Under the pieces are notes generated by a model, which was not told the origin of the DNA, made no database searches, and saw only the letters and a program-made list of their open reading frames with translations. The position numbers and the translations under genes were made by a program. Shown piece after piece: positions 39,511 through 53,780 of a stretch of DNA of 64,000 nucleotides. Position 1 is the stretch's first letter, and each line of letters starts with the position of its first letter. The DNA is from Mizuhopecten yessoensis (Eukaryota): assembly GCF_002113885.1 (NCBI RefSeq), contig NW_018479978.1:1-64000 (forward strand), read 5' to 3'.

Positions 39511-42288
39511 AAAACTGTGTTGTATGTATGGTATTCCCAAGAAAACATTTTTTGCTTTAAGATTATTTGAGGATGTTGTTTATACTGTCAGCTGGACTGA
39601 TTTTTTTATAGACTCTTTCCTTTCAGCAGAACTTCCATTTCTAATAGATACATGTAGTAGATGTTAACATTGATCTTCATTTGAGGATGGAAGTTACATA
39701 TGTATTGTGTGTGTGTGTGTTGTGATAAATATTGTATGTATGTATTTTGTTGTAATATCTTTGACACAAGCTTTTGGGCATTCATTTTGCATTAGGAGTG
39801 GATTGTTATTGTCCACTTAGTAATAAATGTTTATTTCTTATCCCACCTAATTAAATCAGTTTGTATCTGGCCATTTTTTTAAAAATATTTTATCATGAGT
39901 AGTATAATTGAAAAGTATCTAGTTCAAGATAGCAAAAATCAAATCATCTTTAAATTACAAATTTTAAATTTTGAAAAAAAAAATCAAATAGTTTGTGATA
40001 AAGATAATTAAATGCAAATTTCTTCTTAAAGTTAATATTTTTTTATGATTAAATGTTAAGTAAAAATGAATTTAGAATGTTTAGAATTTTCATTGTAAAT
40101 CTCAAACTATGCTTTATGAAGTTTCTCCAGCTGGTATTCACACAACATTTACTGCTGGGTTATTTGTGTTGTCTAATTTTGAGTGTTTTTTTCTCTTTGA
40201 GAAATATTTGACAGATCGTAGAAGAGATAAAGGATAAGTTGAGGAGGAGCTTGTTACATTCCTAGGCCTTGTAGTTATATACTGTGTGGTTAGTGTAGTT
40301 ATATACTGTGTGGTTAGTGTAGTTATATATTGTGTGGTTAGAGAATTGGTTACCTCACCTGCTTGCTAACCTTGATCACACTCAATTAATTGGTATTTGT
40401 TGATATGTTTAGTAAGCTCTTAGATAATGAAAACTATTTTGGATTTTTGATAAAAAATAATCTTTTAGCTCGACACTAGTCAACAGTTTGAAATCCAGTT
40501 CTGTTTAGTGTGTATATATGATATTTTTTGATTGGCATATAAAGAAATGTATGTGTATGGAGTATGTGAAATAGAAATACTTGTAACCAAATCTTATGAT
40601 TTTTTAGAAATTTAATAAATTATTTTTCTCACCAAAAAATTCTCACTATATCTTAAGAGGTCAATACATAGAACAATAATTCAGAAGCAGTTACCTAATC
40701 TAACCAGCAGCTATTTCATTAGTATTGTTTCTGTTTTATATAAAAAAATCTTTTATATATATCTTTACTGAGAACCAGAAATAAAATAAAAAAATTGTTC
40801 TTCATCTAATATTTTTTTCATCATCTGTGAAATAATTTTAATTATTTTAAATAATTTTGTCTACATTTTGATATTGGTCCAAGCATGTACTGCCGACTGC
40901 CATTATATTTGAGACATAAATGTAAATAATCATTTCTGATTGTGAATACGCTACATATGAACCTCATGCTTTCAATAGTATAAAGGAAACCCAGAGACCT
41001 GTCGTCACAGTTTTTCAATGTAATGACATATAATCAACCAACACTTCATCATGTTATCTCAGTTTTGTTAGGCATATTACATATATTATTATTGCAGACT
41101 TCGCCGAGCTTCCTTTCATATGAAATGGTAGAAATCCTGAATGAAAATCTCCTAAATGCTGTGGTACAAAAAATTACATGGTAAATAATGTTGAAACAAC
41201 TATTATAACATTTTTCATTTTTAATGGTGATATGTTATTCTTGACACCAGAAACCTGAAGTACATTTCCAGAAATAAATATATGGGGTAGCAGGAAGGCC
41301 CTTTTATATGACCCCCACCGCCTAGAATGTTTTTTTCCTGTGCCCCAATTCTTAATATGAAGACTCACTCACCACCCATATGTTATAAGTTACTGGTGCG
41401 TCCATGCCTTCCCCATTTATTCATACCTGGAAAAGCCCATATCAGTACACAGCTTTGATTTTGAACAGTGCTATTTTTGCATTAGTGTGAACATATTTGA
41501 TTTGATGAATTTTGTGTTTTATAATTGTTGTATGTAGTGTTACTTGAAATTTTCACTGTCATTTTGAATTGCCAAACTGGAAACAATAACACTACTGCAA
41601 ATGTCTAACTTAATTATAAGAAACTGATATGATACATTTCATAAACTTGTTCACCATGTCATTTATTTTCAATATTTCATGTATATTCATACATTATAAA
41701 TATATTTAATTTATTGACACTCAAAATTGAAAGTTGTTAAGTACCAATCCTATGAATCCACTAAAACATTATATGAATTGTAAAAACAGCTGGCTAGAGA
41801 ACATATACCTGTATATAAATTATTTATACATCACTGTACGATGAAAAAATTATTGAGTGATTAAAATTCACAGTAATGTATAAAAGTGGAGGCAACTGAT
41901 TAACATTTTATAAAGATTTTGTGTAATTAATGTGGATTTAATACTGTAGATTATCATCTTAAACAGAAGTACTGAAAGAAAATATGTTCAATGAATTAAA
42001 TTTAAATGCAAATTTTAACAGAAAATTATCAGTTTTACAAATTTGTTGTAGGTCAAGTGATGCCCAATAGGGAATGACTGTATTGTTTTTTTATCTGTGG
42101 TATATATTGTGTTGTCAAAAGATTGGACACATTTCAGTCTGACCACCCTCTGTTATCATTCTTAATACACGTTCTGCATTGCCCCACCGACACTACAACT
42201 ATGAGGATGTGCGTATCTGTGCTTGTAAAGAAGGTATAATTCTGACTGGTTGATGATTTATGGACTATACATTTAGAACAGGTGGGAC

Positions 42289-42612
42289 CATCCTCGATAT
42301 CCAGGGGTTAAGCTCACTTTCCTCTCTACACCCTTGGAATGTGTCTTAGCAAAATTGAAGGCTCCGTGTAAGTGTACGCCACCTTGTTGATGAGACAAGA
42401 AGACTAGTTTGATCCTTTGATGTACATCAAAAGAATATCAAGATTAGTTCGATCCTTTGATGTACATCAAAAGAATATTGCGGTCATATAACAGTAAAAA
42501 TTGACAGGCTTTGAAGTCCAGCGTCTCTCCTTTGTAATCTTCAAAGGACAAGTATCAGTATTACAGGGGTGCAGAAAGCGAAAGTGAGCATAACCCCTGG
42601 ATATCGAGGATG
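42289..42612. mobile_element. MITE with 33-bp TIRs and 9-bp TSD (Mutator- or AcademH-type non-autonomous)
   Basis: TIR CATCCTCGATATCCAGGGGTTA(A/T)GCTCACTTTC at 42289-42321 and 42580-42612 (32/33 identical). TSD AGGTGGGAC at 42280-42288 and 42613-42621. Confidence 0.9.
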
Positions 42613-45600
42613 AGGTGGGACTAAATAAACATGAATCATAAACAAGAACATTCATTCCATGAACAAGTTTTAATTCTCTACAATTGTAAAAAACTAGAAT
42701 CATTTGACTTGTTCTTTATTGCCTTCATACACATACACTCTTATTGTCCTCAAACATATACCCTTAATTGCTCTCACACAAGTAGACTGTTTCCTTCACA
42801 CCTGTACCCTCTGTTGCCCTTACACATGTAGTCTAAAGCCCACACACAAGCACCCTGTATTGCCCTCACACAAATACCCTCTAGTACCCTTCTATACATT
42901 CTCTATTGCTCTCATACATGTGCTCTATTGCCCACACATAAGCACCCTGTATCACCCTCACACAAATACACTCTAGTACCCTTCTATACATTCTCTATTG
43001 CTCTCATACATGTGCTCTATTGCCCACACACAAGCACCCTGTATTACCCTCACACAAATACCCTCTAGTACCCTTCTATACATTCTCTATTGCTCTCATA
43101 CATGTGCTCTATTACCCTCACACAAGCACCCTCTAATGCCCTGCTATATATTCTCTATAATTTGTACACAAGAACCCTCTATTGCCCTTCTATATGTTCT
43201 CTATTACTCTCGCACAAGAACCCTCTATTGCCCTTTTATGTACCCTATTGCCATCACACATGTACTCTGTTGTCCTAGAGGTATATGATTAGTGTGCTGT
43301 CCGGTTTGTATTTATTGTTGTATCGTAATGATATGGTATTTTACCATAGAAGTATAGAGATAGTATTATGTGTATAGATAGGATAGATAAATAGTCATAT
43401 AATGACATATAGTAAGTCTTGTATATATATGAGCCTGGGCTTCAATTTGACATTTAAACATTTAACATTGCAGCATGGAGGCTGACAGAAAAACTACAAA
43501 TTACTTGTTATTTTTATGCCTTTCCTATTATCTTATAGAAGTTTATCGTATTTGCCATAATTACCGCCACTCCCCTTATAACCGCCCTTACTCTTTTTTA
43601 CAGCATACCTCAAATGAAATAAGTGCCCCTTTCTCAAACACCCTCCATTTTGGCCATCTCCTGTCAACAAAATACATTACCATATTCACTTTTATCAGAA
43701 TATACAATCAATGTTTATGTTCTATTAATAAGTGCCCCCTTCAGGAAAATATGTTTATTGCACCCTGGGTCCTAATTAAGGCAAATACAGTATACAGGAT
43801 TTTGAAGTTAAATATTGTTAGTTTTTGAACTAGAGTGAGACCACCTGTAAAGTCACAGGTTTTATATATAACTGGTGATCTACCTTGGGTAGAACTTCAC
43901 TTTTCTGTAGGGACAATAAGTTAAGGAGACAAGTTAATTGTATAAAGTTTGTATATATATATATATATATGTTACCATGACAACATTAAATCATGGGAGG
44001 TGATTGCTCATTCCACCATGTTGATACAAGATATACAGAAGGCAAGACAAACGTAAAAACAGACTTTTCTGTTGGCATTTACATTACTAAATATTAAATC
44101 ACTTGGGGTAAGAAATATATATTTCCCAATATGAGATCTGTCATTTGGCATAAAATGGTGCTATTAGATTGTGTAAGAAGTGACACACTCACTAAGTAGT
44201 CATTACTTCTCCACACAACTAGCGGGTACTGTATTTTCATTGTAACCGATTGTGGTGTCGTGAAAATCTTTTTATTTCCTGGTTTCAGCCTCATGTGTGG
44301 CCGTTACTAATTTTAATTAATTATCTTAAAGGATCCATTTGCATCAAGCTTTGTTTTTAGCCATAAAGTCCAGAGAAATACTGAGTATTTTTGTATGTAT
44401 TATCAGAATGGGATTGTTTTGAATCCCAGAGTATATATGTTTTCAATTTAAAATAATTCAGTATCCTTGTTCCACTGCCAATAAGATCATGACTGTAGTT
44501 TTCATAAATCATTTCTGAAAAGAAAACCATACCTTGTAGGACTTCTATGGGGGAAAAAGTAAAGGTGAAAATAAAATATAATCAACAAGATTGTGCGGAA
44601 TGTAAAAATTCAGCAGGGCTACACCATCATTCGAACCCAGGACCTCAGATTGTTAATACTTCACTGTAACCCAGGACCTCAGATTGTTAATACTTTACTG
44701 TAACCCAGTGAGCTAGTTGGTCAACAGAAGTGTTCTGGCCCAACTTTTCTACATTTATATCTAAACAAAATGAAAGGGAGTTTACTGTATATATACAAAA
44801 CAAAAAACAAAAACAGAGTGCAGTGGGACCGGGAAATAAGAAAAATTAAATTTAGTTTTATACAATGTACGTCATTAAGGTAATGAACCCTTGGTACAAG
44901 TCCTGGTTTGTACAGCTTTTACAATGTTCATTCCATTATAGTCCTTACCTACCCTCGTTTACCACCATGGTCTGGTATTGTGTTACATTAAAGTATTGTG
45001 TTTTGTGTTACACTAAAGTATTGTGTTACATTAATGTATTGTGTTACATTTATTGTTTTATAGAAAAAATACTGCTAATGTTAACATACCTATTTTAGCA
45101 TTGTTTACCATGATATGTATATACTGATATTTTTTTATTTAACTGCAATGTGTTATGTAATAACATGTAAATCCATTACCTCTGGATCACTACGTCTTAT
45201 AACACTTCAGATTCAGTGGACAGTTTTAAGAAAAACAACACGTCACATACATCTAATCATACATGATTTAGTAAAGACACTGATAGTGCTTGATACATAA
45301 ATTGTGTCATGGCAATTTCTGTAAGTTAATTAAGATGTCAATGAACTGACCTAAATTTTACATCATGTCATGATGGCATAACCTGAAGTATATTATTCAA
45401 AAAATCAAACTTACTGGTGTAAACATCAGAAGGCCCAAATTGGCACCAAATGTTCTTGGTTTGTATAAAGAGTCCTGGGTAACTTCAACAGAAGAGCTAC
45501 AAAATGTGGGCTTTATACTTTGCACATTTTATTCAGGCTACAAATAAAAAGAAAATAATTAAAATCTCTGTGAAACATAAGCTCAGTTGTGCAGTCCTAG

Positions 45601-46197
45601 ATATATGGTTTTATGATTTAAATGCTGTAATTTTTTTTCATTGAAGTACTAGTGACCTAAGTTTAACCTAAAGCTTGTACAGCAATTTCTTCTAACATGA
45701 TATTTTACTAGGCTACCACTTGTAGTCCACATCTGGACTTAAAGACTGGTATATAGGCTGTGATCAGAAGCTGTTTCAGTTATTCAATCTATGTTATGAT
45801 GGATGATGATTTTGATATAAGAATTGACTGTTGACTAATTTGTAATATTTCTTAATACTTTTCTATTTGAAATAAATTTCTGTAAGATTGAGGGTGTTTG
45901 GTGGTATACTTGAAATAAATTATTTAAATAAAACTACAAATGTGCAAATGACTGAAAATTGTTGAGTTATTCATTATTAGTTACACATTACCCAGAGGAT
46001 AGTATATAATTAAAGGACATAGCAAGTTTATGGTTTCTGGGGACCAGGCCTTTTTCATAAGACATTTAATTGTTTATTTAAAAAAAAAAAATCATTGACA
46101 CAATATCTGAAGACCTATGAAGAGTCATATTAAGTATGTTTCAATAATGTCTGTGTTGTTGATGACTAATGCGTGAGGGTCAGGCCAGAATGGGTTG

Positions 46198-46540
46198 GAG
46201 TCAGGTCAGTACAAGCTCGGCCAACCTCTTCCTGAGAGTCAGGTCAGTACAAGCTCTGCCTACCTCTTCCTGAGAGTCGGGTCAGTACAAGCTCTGCCCA
46301 CCTCTTCCTGAGTCAGGTCAGTACAAGCTCTGCCCACCTCTTCCTGAGAGTCAGGTCAGTACAAGCTCTGCCCACCTCTTCCTGAGTCGCGTCAGTACAA
46401 GCTCTGCCCACCTCTTCCTGAGAGTCGGGTCAGTACAAGCTCTGCCCACCTCTTTCTGAGAGTCGGGTCAGTACAAGCTCTGCCCACCTCTTCCTCATTG
46501 GCTGAGTCAAAACAAGCTCTGCCCACCTCTTCCTCATTGG
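46198..46540. repeat. 37-39-bp minisatellite, about 9 copies
   Basis: GAGTCAGGTCAGTACAAGCTCTGCCCACCTCTTCCTGA. Confidence 0.92.
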
Positions 46541-48190
46541 CTGGGTCATTCTGTACGGAAACTACTGGAATTGCTGAGTTGAGTCTGCATATCCAGAACC
46601 TGATATTGGAGTTCGGTCTGCAGGGGTGTTTTAGTTTTCAAACTAAAACACAGCCAACAAAGAACCAACTCCCTGGACAATGTAGTCAGTGTAAAAGTGG
46701 GTATAACTCTTATATAGAGTAGAGGTATATTAATTTTCACTTCCAACTGCTTGTATACTTAAATGAAAGTACTGCTTCATATTCCTGTGAAAAATAAAGT
46801 TTTCCCGCTTATAATGGGATGATATATGTTGTTTTAAGTTGTCCAATTCAAACTATGCATAGATATAGGACATGCCATAAATAATTTCTAGGGGACTGAA
46901 GATGCAAACCTGTTAAAATGGCCTTTCTTTTCACAAACTTCCTGTTATGTTTCAGCAAGCTTATGACACTAAGCCATTTCAGTTCTTTAGATGTTAAGTA
47001 TTTTAGCAAACTTTACCCATGTGGCCTTGAATATGGGTCAAGGTCATTTCTTTTCTCAAACTTTGTACCACTCTTTGCCTGCAAGCCTTTGCTTATTTAT
47101 CATGACCTTTATGCAATAGGTATATGATTCTTAAGAAGTCGTTTGAGAGTATTAGCAGATTTGATACTTGCAATCCTGAATGTTGTTCAAGGTCTTTTCT
47201 TTTCACTAACTCTGCTGTACTTAATGTCAGCAAACTACTGGCTACATATCTTGACTCGAGGGCTTATAATATTATATATCAATATCAATTTCTTTTCTCA
47301 AACTTTGTAGCACTCATTGCTGGCCAACCACTATCTAGAAATCAAAACCTTAAGCCTTTTGGTGTTTCGGAAGAAACTGTTTGGAGTGTTTTGAAAAAAA
47401 TCAAGGTCGTTCCTTTTCCATAACTTCATAGCGCTCCGTGCAATCACACTCCTGACCATAACTATCATGAATTTGGGTCTTTATATTCTTCAGAAAAAGC
47501 TTGTCGAGTATTTTATAGATTGGACCCATGTGACCTTAAAAGTTAAATATAGATTAAGGTACTAGAATGTCCCTTGTTTTGTAGCACTCTTAGCCAGGAA
47601 GCTACTTGCCATATAACATGACCCAAGAACTCTCAATATTTCAGAAAATAAATCATTTGAGCTTTTTAACAATAAGGTTGCATTTATTAACCCCTAGAGG
47701 CTCTGTTGATTAACAGGTTTTTTTTGCCAGCTTTTATAGTATTTTTACTGAGATGCTGCATAAATAAAATATCAAAATCATCTGACTGCTGGTTTGATTG
47801 TTTTGATATGTACCTCATATTTTACCCTTTATTTGCCCTTATTGAGCCTCCAGAAGGGGCCAGCCCCCACAATGACTCATTTGACCCTTTCAGCCAGGTG
47901 AACTAACAAGGTGACTGGTGGTATTTCATGATATGACAAGAGGACATCATGTCTGCAACTAGGCGAAAGAGAAATATACTGTACGGAAACCATTTTCAGG
48001 ACTTGCTACTTTTTTTGTTTTTGTTTTTGTAAGATGTTTGTGATGTAACGTAACAAATGAAATAAGAGTCTAAGGAATTATTTCAGAAAGGCCTTTCTCC
48101 TCTAAATATTTCTCAATATTTCAATATTTTCACACTAACATGTTAAGTTTCAGTTTTTTATTAGTTTCTTATGAAGAATTCAAATATTTT

Positions 48191-51007
48191 TTATATCCAT
48201 GCTGGAACTTTGTTGTTTGATTTCAAGACCCAATAGTGTTCGAGTCGGTCCAGCCACTGGTGCCAGTAGGTGGTGACCTGGTCACAATCCATGACATGAA
48301 CATGGGCAGGGTCTCCATGGGGGTAGGCTATCACCAGTGCACACTGCTTTATCTTTGTGTCCTGGAAAAAAATTACAGAGACCAACATCAAAAATTTACT
48401 ACAAGTATATTACAAATAAACAGCACTGATGCTGCTGTTTTAAAAGGATGTGATTTTTTAAACATATTGCTGACAAGACTAATTAAACATTTCCACAGTT
48501 AGAGTGTAAGACAAAGCATGTAGAGTGCTGGGATGAAGGACTAGGAACTTTGTTTAAATGAATGACCTTGACCGACTTTTAAGGTCACAGCGGTCAAACA
48601 TGTTAAAACATTTACAAGACTTCGTTTCCAAGAGGCCTAGGATAATGATAGTTGGCCAGTAACACGCTAGGATGAAAGGCTGTCATTCTTTTTTTTCTCC
48701 AAATGATTTGTTCAACCACGGACTTAGATCTAATTCTGTGGTTCAACCCAGAATTACCCCCTTCCCTTTAGTGGTTAACTCATTATGGCTTACCTCCCCT
48801 CCTACACTGAGTCTGCTGCTATTGATGGCACCAAGATAAGCAGCCACCTGGATGGGATTGTCAAATGTATTGGACAGCAATGGCTTGGCTTTCTTTGAAG
48901 TTTTCCAGTCTATGACACACAGCATGTCCCTACAACAGTAATGTTATACTTGGTGGTTTCAATCTTCACTTCATTCCAAGAAACAAATTAATATCGACAC
49001 TATGAGAAAAATATCAAGTCAATACACCATCCATTATTGATAAGGGTGATTGGGTAGCACAGTGGATAGCTCACTCACTTTTCACCAAGATGACCTGGGT
49101 TTTATTCCCCGATCTGATGTGAAAACGTATGGGGTCTACTGCTCGAACATTTTCTCCAGGTACTCCTTTTTCCTCTCACATTAAGCATTGGCATGTTTTC
49201 ATCAGGGCCAACAAGAGCAATTATTAAAAGCTGATATAACATAATTGTTCTAAAATAAATAAAGTTTATATTTATATATATTTGTAAGTCATGCATGCCT
49301 GCCCTCACAACTGGCCCTGAACTCTGGTTCCTCTATTGAATCAGCTTGATAAAAACATGGTGCTAAAGAATTTTAATGTGTCTTTGACAACTCAAGTAGG
49401 ATGATAATATTCTATAATGTTTGTGTAAAATTCTTTCTAGAAACAAAAGCATAGGACAATCTTTTCAACTGTATTTTGACAAATAACTTTAAAGGCAAAC
49501 TACAGAAGAAAATACATTTTGGTAAAGGTAAGTGAAGTGAGCCTAAACCATGCAACGAAATATACCTGTATTTGGCTACACAGTCAAACTTTCCATGGTA
49601 CAGCAATGTCTGGTGGCTGACCTCCACCTCCACAGCCCTAACATCACTAATATCTGGGAACACATGGGCCAGGCTGCTCCAGTGACCTTTATTTTCTGTC
49701 CCTAAAGGGAGGTCATCCATGCTCTCTCCGTTTAGATATTTCTGAATACAGGAGTGAAGATTCTTCCCAAGGTCCAAAGTTTCTAAAAATTGTCAATTAA
49801 ATACCATAAAATGACCTACATATACAGTATATATAAAATAACTGAAGGTCTGTGAATATTGTAGTCTTAACATCTGTGTGGTCTATAGGTTAATGATGTT
49901 CAAAGATAAATCTAATCTGTATGTATGGTTTATAGGACATTCAAAGACAAATATAACAATAGTATTTAACAGGGATGGGCACTGCTAGCAATTCTCATAT
50001 CCCAAAATTTCAGAATATTTCATAGTATCGTAATATAAATGTTCCTAAAAATTTGGTGCCTTTAAAATCATTTTTTATGTGATAATTGAAAAGTGAGCAT
50101 CAATTCAACAAGTTTCATCGGTAAACAGAAAATAATTTTATATAATATTGGAAGTCATATATTACACCAAGCAAGCTTATTTTGGATAAGTTTAATTTTA
50201 ACATTTTTGCTTCAATTTTTTTAACTGTTTAAACTACTAACTGGTACAATATTACTAGAGAATGTAAGATGTTTGTTTTGCTTTTTTTCACTTACTTTTC
50301 TGGTGAATTTTGAACCCTTCTTCAGTCAGTTCCTCAATCATCTGTTTTTTCCAGCGATTTAAGAAATATCTGGCATTGTCGGGCATGGTTGCATTGATAA
50401 TAGTAGTTACAGAAGGAATAGAACTCAGTGACAAACCGTCTACAAACTTTTTATACTTCATGTGGTCTCCATTCAGATCACTGTTAACTTTTATCTGATC
50501 CAGTGGACTGTAAAGGCAACACTTCCGTACGAAACCAAGACCAGCAACCTTGCTGCTTTTATCGGACTCTGAAGGTGTACTTTTATTTAGTTCAAATGGC
50601 TTCAAGTTTTCTTTGCTCTTAACAGTTTCATCAGGTTCATTTTGATTTCCTTGAAGACTAACCAAGGTTGACTCGCTGTTTATGTTAGCTGACACCTTAG
50701 ATATAGCCTCAACGGTATGACTTTGTGTTTTTTCATCTTTAGTTCCTTTTGATTTCTTCCCTTTCCCTCCAGCAACTTTTGTCCCCGGATAAGTTTTATT
50801 TTCTAAAATAATGTTCAGTCTTTTTTTAACTCTATTAGGCATGAATGTTGATTTTTCTCTCAATAATGTTTTTGTAACATTATTCAAACACACACTGTGA
50901 TGAATCCCAGATGGCGAACACTTCCACATAATCTGGATCATTGGATCATGCAACAAAACAGATGCTCTCACATGTCGTAGGTATGGGAACAGACCTGCAG
51001 CCATCAT
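48191..51007 (-). CDS. MGME1: Mitochondrial genome maintenance exonuclease 1 (PD-(D/E)XK nuclease), 4 coding exons, 411 aa
   Basis: Minus-strand exons 51007-50296 (..IPSVTTIINATMP..LNRWKKQMIEELTEEGF), 49782-49566 (GKNLHSCIQ..EVEVSHQTLLYHGKFDCVAKY), 48929-48794 (LCVIDWKTSKKAKP..TFDNPIQVAAYLGAIN) and 48361-48191 (ALVIAYPHGDPA..WLDRLEHYW). Total 1236 nt, in frame. An acceptor at 51084-51085 implies an upstream UTR exon. Confidence 0.94.
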
Positions 51008-52532
51008 CCTTCATTCATTAGCCAAGCCAGGAGCTATGTGACAGTTTCAATTTGGGATTAAAGAGTCTTGTTGTTTGGCAAACCTACAAAATCAATTTTC
51101 ACATTATTTAATAAAACACCCGACATATTTTCAAAAGACAGAAAAGTTTTAATATCAACTATGAAATCACCATTAATATTTCAGATAACAAACAGTACTT
51201 TAGCATTATTTGACAAAAAAAAACACCTGTAAGAGATGGGTGGTTTTCTTATCAACAGCCATCAATATTAATACTACTTCCAAAATAAAGTGACAATATA
51301 CAAACATTTATCATTGTTAGCTCACTTGGTCAAATGCCAATGAACTCATCTAAGTTTTGGTGAGACTACTTCTCAAAAACTGTTGAATGCATAAAAAAAT
51401 GACTTAATCTGGCAAGAAAATCCTTGAGTCCCCAAGGATTGAACTTAGTGTATTGATGGCAGTCTTGTTGGGAGAGGTGCTCAGCAGTGGGATTAAGAAA
51501 GCCACATAAAGAACCCTCAAGTGTGGCTCACAGAACAGAGTAATTAAACATGATATATAGCATCTCTTGGGTAAGGCTTATTAAAATATAATAATATTGT
51601 AGATGAGTTGGGTTCATCTACTCGTTGCAATGGGGCTAATACGGTAGATATGATATAACTTTAAATTAATTATTATAGAACATTTGAAATAGTGCCCTAT
51701 ACAACTAGAATAAAATGCAATCAATTCAATATGAGTCTGCCATATCTGGTGCTGATGACTGGTCCTAAGTCACCTTGTTAATACCTCCACATGTATGTGT
51801 GACTGTATGTGTGTCAGATGTGTATTGGTATGTGTTCTATTTTGCAGGTCTGACGTGTTTCTTATGGCATTTTTTTTCATAGAGTCACTTCACTTGAATG
51901 TTACAGTGCAAATCATAAAATGTGGCTCTTGTCAGAGAGTTGTTATTTTGCTAATCATTTTACATCAAAGACAGCTCATGTCTATAATACTCTGGTTGTT
52001 TGAGGCCTTATTTTCAACAAGGTCTGTTATAATTCAAACATCAAGATGACCACTCTGTTATCTGATTGGCTGAGACTTTTAATGCCTGTACAAAGTCATT
52101 TTTTGTATCAGTCTTATTTTTCGAAAAACTTTTACAATATTTATCAGGTGCAATAAGCATATAAATATGCTATTATTTTCATACTCTCTATCACATGTAC
52201 ACACACAATTAATGTTAATCCATATACAGTCTCACACACCATCTGACATGTATGGCAAGCCGTTTGGGTTTTTACCCATTTAATACAGATCCTGCATTTA
52301 TTGACAGAATACATATATCTGTATTTAAAATAGAGATATCTGTACTTGAAACAAAGATATCTGCATTTATTCTGTAATTATAGATATCTATATTTGAAAT
52401 ATAGATATCTATATTTATTAACAGATTTATCTATTTATTTGCAAATGTAGATATCTGTTGTTAAATGCAGATATCTATATTTTAAATACAGACATCTATA
52501 ATCATACAATAAATACAGATTTATACATGTCT

Positions 52533-53220
52533 TTATTAGTCCCCTACCGGTAAAACCGAGGGGACTATAGGTTTTCTCTCTGTCTGTGTACGTACGTGAT
52601 ATGTAACACCAATGTTTGTCAGCGCTCTAGCGGCTTCATTTCTTGAAGGATTTTGATCAAACTTCATGCAAATACAAAGGACCATAATATCTCGGAAACG
52701 TTTGAGTTTCAGGGTGTTTGGGTCAAGGTCAAGGTCACCGTTACTATTTTTAGAAAATCCTTGTCAGCGCTCTAACCGCTTCATTCCTTGAGGGATTTAG
52801 ATCAAACTTTACACAATTACAAAGGACCATAATATCGTAGACAAGTTTGAGTTTCAGGGTTGTTGGGTCAAGGTCAAGGTCACCATTGCTATTTTTAGAC
52901 AATCCTTGTCAGCGCTCTTGCACCTTTATTCTTTGAGGGATTTGGATCAAACTTCACACAATTACAAAGGACCATAATATCTCGGACAAGTTTGAGTTTC
53001 AGGGTTGTTGGGTCATGGTCACCGTTACTTATTTTAGAAAATCCTTGTCAGCGCTCTAGCGGCTACATTTCTTGAGGGATTTGGATCAAACTTCATAAGG
53101 ACCATAATATCTCGGAAAAGATTGAGTTTCAGGGTTATTTGATTAAGGACAAGGTAACCATTACTATTTTTAGAAAATCCTTGTCAAGGCTCTAGCGGCT
53201 TCATTTCTTGAGGGATTTGT
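52533..53220 (+). mobile_element. HINE-like element with about 145-bp tandem units
   Basis: 5' hairpin TAGTCCCC..GGGGACTA, a GTCT/GTAC microsatellite, and 4-5 copies of TTGTCAGCGCTCT..GATCAAACTT..GGACCATAATATC..GGTCAAGGTCA. Confidence 0.7.
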
Positions 53221-53239
53221 ACCAGCTAGTGCATCCGTG

Positions 53240-53690
53240 TAGTGTATGTGTGTGTGTTTTGGGAGGCTGCAATATGTTCGTGTTGGTCTTCTTGTGATAG
53301 TGCGGAACTGATGCCGACTTTATAGTGCTACCTCACTGAAACATACTGCCGAAGACACCAGCAGGACACCCCACCTGTTTGTTCATTGGTTACTGTATAC
53401 CTGCTTTCACGAGCACTAGTTATGGCAGCTGAGGTCCTCTTGATTTAGTAAACCTTTATGTGACCTTTAGGGATTTGGTTTGGTTTAGTATTGTTTAACG
53501 TCCTATCAACAGCTATAGTTATTTAAGGACGGCCTCCCCTGTGTGCAAGTGCATGCGTGTGTGTTTTGGGGGGCTGCGATATGTTTGTGTTTGTCTTGTG
53601 ATAGCGCGGAACTGATGCCGACTTTATAGTGCTACCTCACTGAAACATACTGCCGAAGACACCTAGCAGGACACCCAACCTGGTCAATTA
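53240..53690 (-). mobile_element. Two tandem SINE body fragments (Meta-domain-like)
   Basis: GCGGAACTGATGCCGACTTTATAGTGCTACCTCACTGAAACATACTGCCGAAGACACC occurs at about 53302 and about 53606. Confidence 0.6.
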
Positions 53691-53780
53691 CTTTCACATA
53701 ATTTTCATAATAATCAAAAATACAGATATCTGAATTTAAATTTTTAAAAGTGATATCTTCATTTTAAATAGAGGTATCTG

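Noticed and set aside
39155-39667. Repetitive ORFs of 74-114 aa on both strands
   Set aside because: They are artefacts of a 30-bp tandem repeat, with no splice or homology support.
42467-47906. Many 60-117-aa ORFs between FUT8 and MGME1
   Set aside because: They are low-complexity or repeat-derived, with no recognisable domains or consistent exon structure.
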